Shown piece by piece: positions 1 to 11,043 of a DNA stretch of 50,648 nucleotides. Positions within the stretch are counted from its first letter, which is position 1; every line of letters starts with the position of its first letter. The stretch covers positions 7,995,318 through 8,045,965 of the forward strand of contig NC_068993.1 of NCBI RefSeq assembly GCF_001194135.2, given 5' to 3'. The notes beneath the pieces were generated by a model. The model had not been told where the DNA came from. It searched no databases and saw only the letters and a program-made list of their open reading frames with translations. The position numbers and the translations under genes are program-made. The stretch is from Octopus bimaculoides (Eukaryota).

Positions 1-327
1 GATTCCCAGACCGGGCGTTGTGTGTGTTTATTGAGCGAAAACTCTTAAAGCTCCATGAGGCTCCGGCAGGCGATGGTGGCGAACCCTGCTGTACTCTTTC
101 ACCACAACTTTCTCTCACTCTTACGTCCTGTTTCTGTTGTGCCTGTAATTCAAAGGGCCAGCCTTGTCACACTCTGTGTCACGCTGAATATCCCCGAGAA
201 CTACGTTAAGGGTACACGTGTCTGTGGAGTGCTCAGCCACTTGCACGTTAATTTCACGAGCAGGCTGTTCCGTTGATCGGATCAACTGGAACCCTCGACG
301 TCGTAAGCGACGGAATGCCAACAACAA
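1..327 (+). mobile_element. SINE-like repeat, family C (5' part cut by the window edge)
   Basis: GC-balanced ~320 bp block ending in a small stem-loop (CGTCG-TAAG-CGACG, 299-312) and a (CAA)n tail, with no credible ORF. It resembles an abundant octopus repeat as I recall it; only one copy is in the window. Confidence 0.6.
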
Positions 328-350
328 TTATGAATATTATATACATATAT

Positions 351-393
351 AGGTGCAGTAGTGGCTGTGTGGTAAGTAGCTTGCTTACCGAAC
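351..393 (+). mobile_element. SINE family B, 5' head fragment
   Basis: GTGGCTGTGTGGTAAGTAGCTTGCTTACC matches the reverse complements of the family-B heads at 13840-13879 and 28035-28066; TGGCTGTGTGG is A-box-like. Confidence 0.6.
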
Positions 394-786
394 TATCGAT
401 TTGACTCTCAGAACTGTCATCCGGATCAGCTGGTTTTATTCGCTAATTTCCATAATTCTTTTTTATTTATCTACTTTTGTTTTAAAATGAAGGAGAAGAG
501 AATGTGAAACATGTATGAACGTGTATAGCTATGTATTGAGAGGAATTCTTTATTGTTTGGATAAATCACTCCTGGAAACATAGGTATTTCGTTGAACATC
601 CTTAAACAACTCTTATTCGGGGACTGTCTGTGAGGCATGAACCCCACCTGTAAGGTCAGGCGTTGTTTATCTTGATATGAGATCATCAGGTCGCGTACAT
701 ATGTTTGTGATACATGTACCCGGTGTACGTTAATCAGACGGTTAGTCATGATGGATATATTTGGCTTCGTATATTTGTACCCCATG

Positions 787-997
787 GTTTCAAATTTTGG
801 TACAAGGCCAAGAATTGTGGAGGAGGATGCAAGTCGATTACATCAACCCCAGTATTCTACTGGTACTTCTTTTATTGACCCCCGAAAGTCAAAGTCAACT
901 TAACCTGGATTTGAACTCAGGCTATAAAGACAGACTAAATGCTTCTAAGCGTTTTGTCGAACGTGCTAACTAACGATTATGCCAGCTCGTCACCTTT
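787..997 (-). mobile_element. tRNA-derived SINE family A, diverged near-full copy
   Basis: The reverse complement aligns with the copies at 4467-4672 and 16636-16845: GAGCTGGCA head, GAGTTCAAATCC B-box, AAGTACCAG, CGATGTAATCGAC and a CCTTGTACCAAAATTTGAAACC tail. Confidence 0.8.
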
Positions 998-1020
998 CAT
1001 GAAGATGTAAAAACCAGAGA

Positions 1021-1022
1021 AC

Positions 1023-1056
<34 letters not shown>

Positions 1057-1090
1057 GAACAACAACAACAACAACACCAACAACAACAAC
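1021..1090 (+). repeat. (CAA)n microsatellite
   Basis: Directly visible tandem ACA/CAA repeat with a few interruptions. Confidence 0.95.
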
Positions 1091-1151
1091 AGCATCCCTA
1101 GCACTACTGTTAGATATTGATATTTATGTACATACATCTATAATTAATAAT

Positions 1152-1325
1152 TGTTTCAAAATTTGCTGCAAGAGAGTGGGTTAATCAATTACATCGAATC
1201 CAATACGTGGCTGATATTTCATCTTATTGATCCTGGAAACCAAAGTTGACCTCAGCACTGTCGAAACGAACTTAGAAGGCCGAAAGTAACACCATCAAGC
1301 ATTTTGCGCCTCGCGCACATAACGG
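1152..1325 (-). mobile_element. SINE family A, highly decayed copy
   Basis: TTTCAAAATTT, ATTACATCGA, CAAAGTTGACCTC and AAGCATTTTGC motifs occur in family-A order on the minus strand. Confidence 0.5.
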
Positions 1326-1520
1326 AACTACAAGAAATATAGCAAAATACTAAACCAACGACAAAAGCAAGGGCAATAATATCGCTAACCGTGAATCGCT
1401 ATAACCTGCATTTTGTAGCGTACACGATACGTAAGGGTTTACAGGCACCATTCTAGTATTTCTGGACGAGACGAAGCCATAGAAACGATGTTTTACAAAG
1501 AAAAGAGAATTCTTACCGGT

Positions 1521-1570
1521 TAAAGGCGGTGCTCCAGCATGGCCGCAGTCAAATGAGTGAAACAAACAGA
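1521..1570 (+). mobile_element. SINE family B, isolated 3' tail
   Basis: TAAAGGCGGTGCTCCAGCATGGCCGCAGTCAAATGAGTGAAACAA is homologous to the 3' end of the family-B copy at 47090-47135. Confidence 0.65.
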
Positions 1571-2885
1571 GAACAAAAAAACGAACAGATATATATATAT
1601 ATATATATATATATGTTTGTGTGTGCTTGTATATATTACATGTTCACACAAATACACGCTCATGTATTCAATAAAAACTTCTATTACGAGATGGAAAAAC
1701 AAATACATAAATACCTAAAATAATTTTTTTTTCAAAAAAAACACCAGCAAAGACACACAAAAAAGGAAAAAAAACTTATTTAGACACTTATTAAAGATGA
1801 ATGACGTGGGATCATCCGGGTTTCTTATTCTTTCGGAGAATGACGATTGAAACAAAATTGAACAATACGCGATATATCATAGCTTCTCCAAGACACCAAG
1901 AATTTTATGCAAACTTTCCTGTGTCTTGTATCATTTATCATCTAAAGACATCAAGCCGTTTCCTTAGAGAGCGGACAAAGAACCACTTTGTCAGTCAATT
2001 TCTGTATATATGCAATATCATTACAGTGTACAACATTTGACTGCTAAATCAAAGAATTCTGATTAAACGTGTATTTTTGTTGAGCTGTTTCTTATGATTT
2101 ATTTGGGTTAATTTTTTTCTTTTTCGGTTGTGGCTTTCTATTCATTTTTTTCTTTTATTTATTTCTTTATCTATTTATTAAGCTGCTCTTGGTTTCTGTA
2201 TCTTATTGTTTTTTTAACAATGCATATAAAACGAAATGATTAGTTTCCGAAGAATGAACGTCTAAGTAAATGTGTGTGTGTGTGTGTGTAAGTGCGTGTG
2301 TACGTGTGTGCGTGTGTGTGCAGATATATGTATACACACATACCTATATATATAAGCATATATATATACTCATAAATATATACATANNNNNNNNNNNNNN
2401 NNNNNNNNNNNNNNNNNNNNNNNNNNNNNNNNNNNNNNNNNNNNNNNNNNNNNNNNNTATATATATATATATATATTCATAACACACATTTGTATGTGTG
2501 CGTGTGTAAGTGTGTGTCTGTGCGTCTGTGTGTATGTATGAGTAATATACTATATTCTGTTATACTTCACATGCTTAAGAACCATTCCATCTTGTTTGAT
2601 CATTCTAACAGAGAATCGTACAAATACATCTCAAAACGATACACAGTCGCAATCGAATAGAAATGCAATTATTCTTGTTGTTGCTATTGTTTGGTCTAGA
2701 GACCGTCACATCGGTGAGGCATTAGAAGTACGTAGATTGCCTAACCGTTTGTTACAATCGTAGATCCATCACTATATTTATGCCTATGTCCACGGTATCA
2801 GGATCATATTCTAAGCTGTATGAGGTATCCTCGTGACATTATGTTGATGGGCACCAGTTATTTTTGTAGCCCCGGGTCGTACATT

Positions 2886-3081
2886 CATTTCTACTGTAGG
2901 CACAAGGCCCGAAATTTTGGGGTAGAGGGCCAGTAGATTAGATCGACCCAGTACGCAACTGCTACTTAACTTATCGAGCCTGAAAGGATGAAAGGTAAAG
3001 TCGACCTCGGCGGAATTTGAACTCAGAGCATAAAAACAGACGAAATGCCGCTAAGCATTTCACCCGGCGTGCTAACGTTTC
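2886..3081 (-). mobile_element. SINE family A (common tail type), missing about the first 14 nt of its head
   Basis: The minus strand reads GAAACGTTAGCACGCCGGGTGAAATGCTTAGCGGC, then GAGTTCAAATTCCGCCGAGGTCGAC, then AAAATTTCGGGCCTTGTGCCTACAGTAGAAA. It is collinear with 4467-4672. Confidence 0.9.
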
Positions 3082-3299
3082 TTATTTCTTTATTGCCCAC
3101 AAGGGGCTAAACACAGAGGGAACAAACAAGGTCAGACAAAGGGATTAAGTCGATTACATCGACCTCAGTGTGTAACTGGTACTTATTTAATCGACCCCGA
3201 AAGGATGAAAGGCAGTGTCGACCTCGGCGGATTTTGAACTCAGAACGTAAGGACATAAAATCGGAACAAATATCGCAAGACATTCTGTCCTTCTTTCTA
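3082..3299 (-). mobile_element. SINE family A variant (A2) with an alternative, Tx1-like 3' tail
   Basis: It has the family-A B-box and body (3150-3250) but ends in TTTAGCCCCTTGTGGGCAATAAAGAAATAA instead of the common tail. Confidence 0.85.
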
Positions 3300-4039
3300 A
3301 TACTTCACCCAATTCACAGGTTTCATACAGCCCTATCCTTGACGTTTATTCAAGCGCAAGGTAACTTAGATGAATTAACACTCTCCGTTTATAAGATAAT
3401 AGTGCGAAGTTTGAGGAATAATTTATTTCTTTGTTAGCAGATATACCTATCATATAGAAGACGTATTTTCACTCATAGATGAGAAATATACGTACATATG
3501 GTGTCAATTTGCTCCTAGATTGTGTCTAAAGTTAGCATATATAAGATTGTGATACGCAATTTCCGTCTGTAATGTCGGTAATAAAACACTACATCCATAA
3601 TATGAGCTTCCACAATAATCTATCAAACGTACTTTGTTTTGAAACACATTACATCATTAAATGTAAACACATTCGATTGTTTTATATACATATATTTGCT
3701 TTGTATGTGTTCTTCCTCTGAAATGTTTTTTTAGAATTTTATTTTTTTAAGAATATTATCTCGAAAACAAATATAGTCCACGAATTTCAATAAAAGATTT
3801 TACATAAAATAAAAACATTAAAATTCAGTGAATTTCGTTTATAAAAAATTGACATTAAATACCTTACACGAATAACATAAAATATAATATTCAAAAGTCC
3901 TAAAACGTGGATATAAATTACAGATATTAAATATCTATGCATGAATAAAGTTGTTAAATTGTCTGAAAATTTTGCTTCAGTGTTAAAAACTTCCAGTGTG
4001 TGTGTGAAGATAGTACTGACAAGAATGCTGTTGACTTTA

Positions 4040-4195
4040 TGCACACGGCCCACCAATATTGGTGGGTGGGCTTATGTTATTACCATCGCTCTCAATACTA
4101 GGCCGGTATTTGTATTTTATTAAAAGTGTAACCTCGACGAGTTTTGAACACAGAATGTAAAGAAATCCAGAAACGCGCGCAATATATTTTCCGGT
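4040..4195 (-). mobile_element. SINE family A, decayed and internally deleted
   Basis: ACCTCGACGAGTTTTGAACACAGAATGTAAAG corresponds to the family-A B-box region in reverse complement; the rest matches weakly. Confidence 0.45.
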
Positions 4196-4222
4196 ATTAT
4201 ATATACATACACACACACATGT

Positions 4223-4223
4223 A

Positions 4224-4315
<92 letters not shown>
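4223..4315 (+). repeat. (TAA)n microsatellite
   Basis: About 30 perfect TAA units, directly visible. Confidence 0.95.
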
Positions 4316-4317
<2 letters not shown>

Positions 4318-4466
4318 TAACATCAACACTCCTGTTTACTGGTATGAACATCATCCTGAGCCCGTCGTTGAAGGTTAAGATGTTACTATGCTCAGGAATT
4401 TTCCAACCAACACCGACAGGACGATCCAGGCTAATGTTCCAGACATAATCATTAAAGACAGGGAAC
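4316..4466 (+). mobile_element. R4/Dong-like non-LTR retrotransposon fragment (restriction-like endonuclease region), pseudogenic
   Basis: The frame from 4316 reads YNINTPVYWYEHHPEPVVEG*DVTMLRNFPTNTDRTIQANVPDIIIKDREQ. This matches the WYEH.P..V.E...V.ILWDF...TDR.I.ANRPDI motif of R4/Dong REL domains. There is one in-frame stop. Confidence 0.75.
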
Positions 4467-4672
4467 AGCTGGCAAAAACGTTAGCACGCCGGGCGAAATG
4501 CATAGAGTTATTTCGTCTGTCTTTACGTTCTGAGTTCAAATACCACCGAAGTCAACGTTGCCTTTCATCCTTTCGGGGTTGATAAATTAAGTATCAGTTG
4601 CGTACTGGGGTCGATCTAATCGACTAGACCCCTCTCCTAAAATTTCGGACCGTGTATCTAGAGTAGAAAATA
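4467..4672 (+). mobile_element. SINE family A, near-full copy
   Basis: It contains AGCTGGCAAAAACGTTAGCACGCCGGGCGAAATG, a GAGTTCAAATACC B-box and a TAGAGTAGAAAATAAT tail. Confidence 0.9.
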
Positions 4673-4690
4673 ATATACACTCTACATATA

Positions 4691-4774
4691 AGTCGAGGAA
4701 CAAGCAAAATCGTTTGCACGCCGGGGAAAATACTTCGCGGAATTTCGCCAGTGTTTGCCTTCTGAATTCAAATT
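4691..4774 (+). mobile_element. SINE family A head, apparently interrupted after the B-box
   Basis: GCAAAATCGTTTGCACGCCGGGGAAAATACTTCGCGGAATTTCG...TTCTGAATTCAAATT; homology stops at 4774. Confidence 0.65.
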
Positions 4775-6430
4775 TTGAAGCATGTTATAAAAATTATTCG
4801 GTAAATATACTCAAGATTACCTGTAAAGAATCTCATTCTAAACTATCTGCAACTGTCTGCCATTTTGAAACAGGTATAAAATATATAATACGCTATAAAC
4901 TTTCGTCAGTTTTTCTTGAGAAACATGTGTAGTTTAAGATGTTTTAGTTTACAATATAGGCATTTTTAGATTTTACCGGTATGTGAATATTATCATTTTC
5001 CACATAAATCTCCGGCAGAAATTTTTTTGATTTTTAACCATTTTCAAAGAAAATATTTTTAATCACTACACATAATTCATTTCATGGAAAATGCTTGCAA
5101 ATATTTAATGTTAACTCATCACGTATCAAAATTTTCCGAGCAAAATTTACTGAAATACGTCATTTTATAGAAAGCTCAAATGTTCACCATATTCATGCTG
5201 GTTATAAATGCAGTTTTTCTAAAAATATCACCACATCAATTAATCATAACTCGCTGTAAATTATATCTCGAGATATCTTGCATATTTTAGAATGCATAAT
5301 TTTCACCATTTCGCAATTGTAAAAATAAACATTTTGCACCACACATTTTCGGTCATATATTTCAATTTTTATTCATTTTCAGGTAAGCTATAATAAGCAA
5401 TATCCGAATATATTTCACCATCACACCAACCTCGTACACTTGCTAATAGACATTATAACTAAAAACATTTTGAAACTATCAGAATGAAAAAAGGATAATT
5501 CTCACAACCCCGATTCGGTTAGAATTCTCAATCAATAGTTATTTTTTAAACAGGTTTGAAGGTGTAAAATTTCTACAAATATATTCATTTGAGAAACCTA
5601 AAGCAACTTAAGTAATCATTTGAAAGATTATACAACCTTTACAAGATATAATTCCCAAATTTTTTAACCTATGACAATTAATATTTTGCATTAATCCCTT
5701 CTAGCAATGTTTTTCAATTTTAAACTTCCCCAAACTGATTATAAAATGAAAAATTTAGTAAATAAATATATTCAACTTCACCTCTCACCCCTCATTCTGC
5801 TCCTACCAATAATTTCCAAATAACTACACCCTTTGGAGTAAATGTTTTCCGAATATTTTCATACGCAAAAATTGATTTTTATTTGTTTCTGTGTTTTGTT
5901 GTCTTCAAGCATATTCCATAACGTAAATTTTATATAAATATATTCATGTTTTACACGATGAAACCTAATAAAATGCATCGTTTAAAATATTACGCAGGTT
6001 TTGCAGCACAATTTCCAAATGTACCCGTATGTGAAGATTCGTAATTTGTAACACAACAGTTTTGGTAAAATTTTAAGGCAGGTTATAAATTGTGAAATTT
6101 CTTCAAATATATTCAGTTTTATATAGGTAAACTTACTAGACACTATTATTTCAGTGATGATTTACTTCATAGAATTTGTAGTGTTTACATTTTCTCGAAA
6201 AGCGATACTGCTATTAAGGATCACAGCGATCCCACTGACGCTTAAAATTCACAGCATTTTTCCAAACATATTGGAAAATATAAACTTTTCCTAAATATTT
6301 TTAATTTCACCAACCCGAATTTCTTATAATAAATGATTGAAGGCACCCTACCATAAATAATTCTCAACGTGATTTATATGCGAAAAAATGGTATCTTTCC
6401 CGAAAATTCTCTTCCTGATAAGATTTTTAA
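4775..6430. repeat. AT-rich, microsatellite-free block with degenerate ~170-188 bp periodicity (old satellite or transposon interior)
   Basis: Exact AAATATATTCA occurs at 5577, 5764, 5936 and 6105, with variants at 4878, 5051, 5223, 5406 and 6293. No long ORF is present. Confidence 0.45.
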
Positions 6431-6545
6431 AGTTTTACCTTTAAAAATAAGTACCGTAAAATAAGTACCATTTGAAATTTGTTTCGATGTAATCAAGTTA
6501 CCTCTTTACCCGACATTTCTGGCCTTGTGCTAAAATTTGAAACCA
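6431..6545 (+). mobile_element. SINE family A 3' half
   Basis: AAAATAAGTACCA (AAAATAAGTACC duplicated at 6444 and 6458), then TCGATGTAATC, then TTTCTGGCCTTGTGCTAAAATTTGAAACCA. Confidence 0.7.
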
Positions 6546-6662
6546 ATACATATATGCTAATAACTTTTGGTTTATGTATATTGGGAACCACTATTGCAAA
6601 GGTGTATCAATACATTTCTCTCTCGCTCTCTTTCCTTCCCTCTATCTATCTATCTATCTATA

Positions 6663-6705
<43 letters not shown>

Positions 6706-7169
6706 ATACATATACATAAGTGCACATACACGCGAGAGCACACACATGCATCATGATATATGAAATTGACAGGACATAATAGAAAAAAAATTCAGAGGAG
6801 CCTGTGGCATGTATTTGAACAAGAAAAACTTGTAATCCCATTTTCAGTATCATACAATAGAATGTATTGATTTATGGAAATTGTCTCCGTAGTCCGCCAG
6901 ACATTTTCGTTTGATCAGCAACGACACATCGTACGACCCGAATACATGTGGAGAAAAACTGACAAAAACAAGAATCTTGAAACAATCTGCGTATGTAGGA
7001 ATGAAAGCCACAGCAGCAGCAATGATAAAATCAATTTAAAATGTCAATTAATAAGGAGGAAGACATCATGGAACGTTGTCACAAGAATCGTATTAGAAGT
7101 CATGGCAGTTTGCAGAGTTTAAAAATATTCCAGAAATGCGCAGCGCTCATCGCACCGCACGTAAAACAT

Positions 7170-7312
7170 TTTAGTCGAAGGAAACAACCCCAGGACTTAT
7201 TCTTTGTAAGCCTAGTACTTATTTTATCAGTCTCTTTGGTCGAACAGCTTAGTTTCGGAGACGTAAGCACGACATCGGTTGTCAAGCGATGGTGAGAGGA
7301 GAAACGCACACA
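7170..7312 (-). mobile_element. SINE family B, 3' half
   Basis: The reverse complement (ATCGCTTGACAACCGATGTCGTG...AAAGAGACTGATAAAATAAGTACTAGGCTTACAAAGAATAAGTCCTGGGG...CGACTAAA) parallels 46940-47090. Confidence 0.7.
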
Positions 7313-7470
7313 CAAATATATACATTTATATATATAAAGCGACAGAGATAGAGAGAGAGAAAGAGAAAGATCGATATATATACNNNNNNNNNNNNNNNNN
7401 NNNNNNNNNNNNNNNNNNNNNNNNNNNNNNNNNNNNNNNNNNNNNNNNNNNNNNNNNNNNNNNNNNNNNN

Positions 7471-7580
7471 GTCTCTTTGGTCGAACAGCTTAGTTTCGGA
7501 GACGTAAGCACGACATCGGTTGTCAAGCGATGGTGAGAGGAGAAACGCACACACAAATATATACATTTATATATATAAAG
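7471..7580. repeat. Identical 110-bp duplicate of 7230-7339 on the other side of an N-gap
   Basis: Direct comparison shows an exact copy that begins at the gap edge. Confidence 0.9.
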
Positions 7581-8764
7581 GGTTTGTATGATTGTGTATA
7601 AAGGAATATATTATTTAGAAGAGTTCCAACTCTGTCTGTTTTTTATGTTCTATTTATATTCTTATAAAATTAATGTGGGATATAGAATATGGAATATATA
7701 ATATAAATAGTAAAATGAAATGAAGTATTGAATGTCTTATTGAATATATGAAATACGGAGTATTAAATATATATCAGGACGAGTATACTTTCCTACTTAA
7801 TAGCAGTCATCTGATAGATGTATATATATATACATATGCACACACAAGAATATCTGTATGCGCGTGAATCATACAGATATACCGTGCTTCACTTGTGTTA
7901 CGTCATAATCTGAGTATCGTCTGCTTCATGTGTAAGTAAATATCGTTATAGCTGCGTACGTCAATAGCACAAATTAGCCTAGATACATATAGACAAACAG
8001 TGATGAAATATGATTGCTAACGTGAACCGCTCCGCCCGATATTCATACTGTTAATTTACGATTTATATGCAACAAAGCCATATTAACACGAATTTTTGAA
8101 ACTGCAGAAGCTGTGATGGATTTGCGTAATAATTATACAAATATGTATTTATATATATTGCGTGTTCGTTTGTCTTTTTCCCATCTCTGATTTTATTTTT
8201 GATCTTCTATATAAATGAAGATATATTACCTCCGTCTGGCTGCTTTTCTTTCTATATCTACCACGTAGGGGAATGTTGTCGGTCTTGTATCACTGACATG
8301 GCTTCTCAACTATATAGTGATATTATCACTTCGACATTAGGTAGTGAATTTAATTCGATGGTTTGAGATTTATTTATAAAATTCTTATTAGCTGGGAACA
8401 CCATGCGATGTTCTGCGGTATGTTGTCCAACAAAACATTTATGATTAATTCGAATCTACTCTTAGCGAATGAGTTCCCCATAAGTGTTTCTTTGTTGTTT
8501 ATAAACCACCTATGTAATGATAACCTCAATTTAATAATTATGTATTTGCGTCGGTGCGTGCACATGTGTGCACTTGTGTTTATATTTATATGTATACCAC
8601 CGTATGAACATATATATATGTGAGTATGTGTGATGGTGTGTATGTGTGTACGTATACATATTTATGTACTGCAACATCAAGTATACAAAGACACACAGAC
8701 ACACCCACCCACACATTAACACTCATATAAAAGTATGTGTCTGTGTTCATATATATATATATAT

Positions 8765-8806
<42 letters not shown>

Positions 8807-8807
8807 C

Positions 8808-8872
<65 letters not shown>
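8765..8872 (+). repeat. (GATA)n microsatellite
   Basis: Directly visible. Confidence 0.95.
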
Positions 8873-10174
8873 TGGACTACTCTTGCATAATAACTTCGAA
8901 AGGAATGGGCGGAGAGATTCAAACAAACGATAGATAAGGACATTTGTAATTTATAAGATGCAGAAATGTAAGCAGGAGAAATATAAGCGATAGAAACATT
9001 ATTTTAGCTTACGCTTAATANNNNNNNNNNNNNNNNNNNNNNNNNNNNNNNNNNNNNNNNNNNNNNNNNNNNNNNNNNNNNNNNNNNNNNNNNNNNNNNN
9101 NNNNNNNNNNNNNNNNNNNNNNNNNNNNNNNNNNNNNNNNNNNNNNNNNNNNNNNNNNNNNNNNNNNNNNNNNNNNNNNNNNNNNNNNNNNNNNNNNNNN
9201 NNNNNNNNNNNNNNNNNNNNNNNNNNNNNNNNNNNNNNNNNNNNNNNNNNNNNNNNNNNNNNNNNNNNNNNNNNNNNNNNNNNNNNNNNNNNNNNNNNNN
9301 NNNNNNNNNNNNNNNNNNNNNNNNNNNNNNNNNNNNNNNNNNNNNNNNNNNNNNNNNNNNNNNNNNNNNNNNNNNNNNNNNNNNNNNNNNNNNNNNNNNN
9401 NNNNNNNNNNNNNNNNNNNNNNNNNNNNNNNNNNNNNNNNNNNNNNNNNNNNNNNNNNNNNNNNNNNNNNNNNNNNNNNNNNNNNNNNNNNNNNNNNNNN
9501 NNNNNNNNNNNNNNNNNNNNNNNNNNNNNNNNNNNNNNNNNNNNNNNNNNNNNNNNNNNNNNNNNNNNNNNNNNNNNNNNNNNNNNNNNNNNNNNNNNNN
9601 NNNNNNNNNNNNNNNNNNNNNNNNNNNNNNNNNNNNNNNNNNNNNNNNNNNNNNNNNNNNNNNNNNNNNNNNNNNNNNNNNNNNNNNNNNNNNNNNNNNN
9701 NNCTTTACCATAAGCGAATATAAAAACTAACATTAGCGAGTATATATATATGCGCGTGTGTACGTGTGATATTCTCCAATATCTTTTTATGTATCTGTGT
9801 ATACAGTGTCTCTCTGTCTGTCTGTATGTCACTTCTCTGTCTCCCTCTTCTTCATTTATTCTTCATTCTTTGTTTATCAGATAATTTCTGTGAGTCTTGT
9901 AGTCTTTTATTTATGACTTAACTCCAAATCTAAATTACATATAGACGTCCAGATTTTTGTTTTCTATTATTTCCAGCAAATTTACAGTAAAATTGCAATA
10001 TGAAATATTTCTGTAAAAGGTTAAATCAGTCATAAGTTCAGCAATGGCGGTTTAACTCAATTTCAAATTAAGATTGCTGGGAATAAAGTTAGAAAATAGA
10101 AGAAAAAAATGTAAAACAAAACAAACAACAACAAGCGAAACTAGAATGGGAATAACATGGAAAGTAATAACTAG

Positions 10175-10186
10175 AATGATGATGAT

Positions 10187-10217
<31 letters not shown>

Positions 10218-10370
10218 AGGATGGTGATGATGATGATGACGACGAGGGCGATAATGGTACGTCTGTGTGGTTATTGCAGCTATTGCTGTTGTTGTTGGTA
10301 ATGAAGATCAGGCAGAGGACTATGATGATGAAGTTGGTTTTGGTGGTGGTCGTCGTGGTGGTCGTGGTGG

Positions 10371-10422
<52 letters not shown>

Positions 10423-11037
10423 AAGGCTGGGGGTGGCAGTGCTTGTCGTAGGGTCCATATTGATGAAAACGATGATGTTCATGACGGTCTTGTTGTTGCT
10501 GTTGTTATATTCGCTGTTGGTGTTGTTTTTGTTGCACTTGATTGTGGTTAACGTGATGGTGATGGTGATAGTAATGACAACAACGACGATGACAGCGATG
10601 ACGGGGTTGATAAGATGATGATGGTGGTGATGGATATGGCGGCATCGATACTGATGCTGATGACTGTGGTTTCGTCTGCCTGACTCGGAACCCGGCCAAT
10701 TTCGTGGAGACGTTGTAAGTTCATCTGAGCGTACATCAGTGTAGTGGTAGAGCGTATCTAAAGGTATCGATGGTAATGGAAAACGTGATAGAAGACGATG
10801 ATGACGATGATGATGATGATGATGAGGAGGAGGAGGAGGAGGAGGAGGANNNNNNNNNNNNNNNNNNNNNNNNNNNNNNNNNNNNNNNNNNNNNNNNNNN
10901 NNNNNNNNNNNNNNNNNNNNNNNNNNNNNNNNNNNNNNNNNNNNNNNNNNNNNNNNNNNNNNNNNNNNNNNNNNNNNNNNNNNNNNNNNNNAGAAGAAGA
11001 AGAAGAAGAAGAAGAAGAAGAAGAAGAAGAAGAAGAA
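10175..11037 (+). repeat. Compound degenerate trinucleotide tract (GAT/GAG/GGT/GTT/GAA)
   Basis: Directly visible; it accounts for the homopolymer-rich ORFs in all frames. Confidence 0.9.
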
Positions 11038-11043
11038 TTTTTC

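Noticed and set aside
5365-5390. TTTTATTCATTTTCAG|GTAAG, a recursive-splice (ratchet) point-like motif
   Set aside because: It lies in the inserted AT-rich block. Similar AG|GT motifs occur on both strands (for example 4817 on the minus strand), and the host gene and strand are unknown.
8388-8420. Candidate 26-nt microexon ending at GTATGT
   Set aside because: It cannot be distinguished from chance in AT-rich DNA without transcript data.
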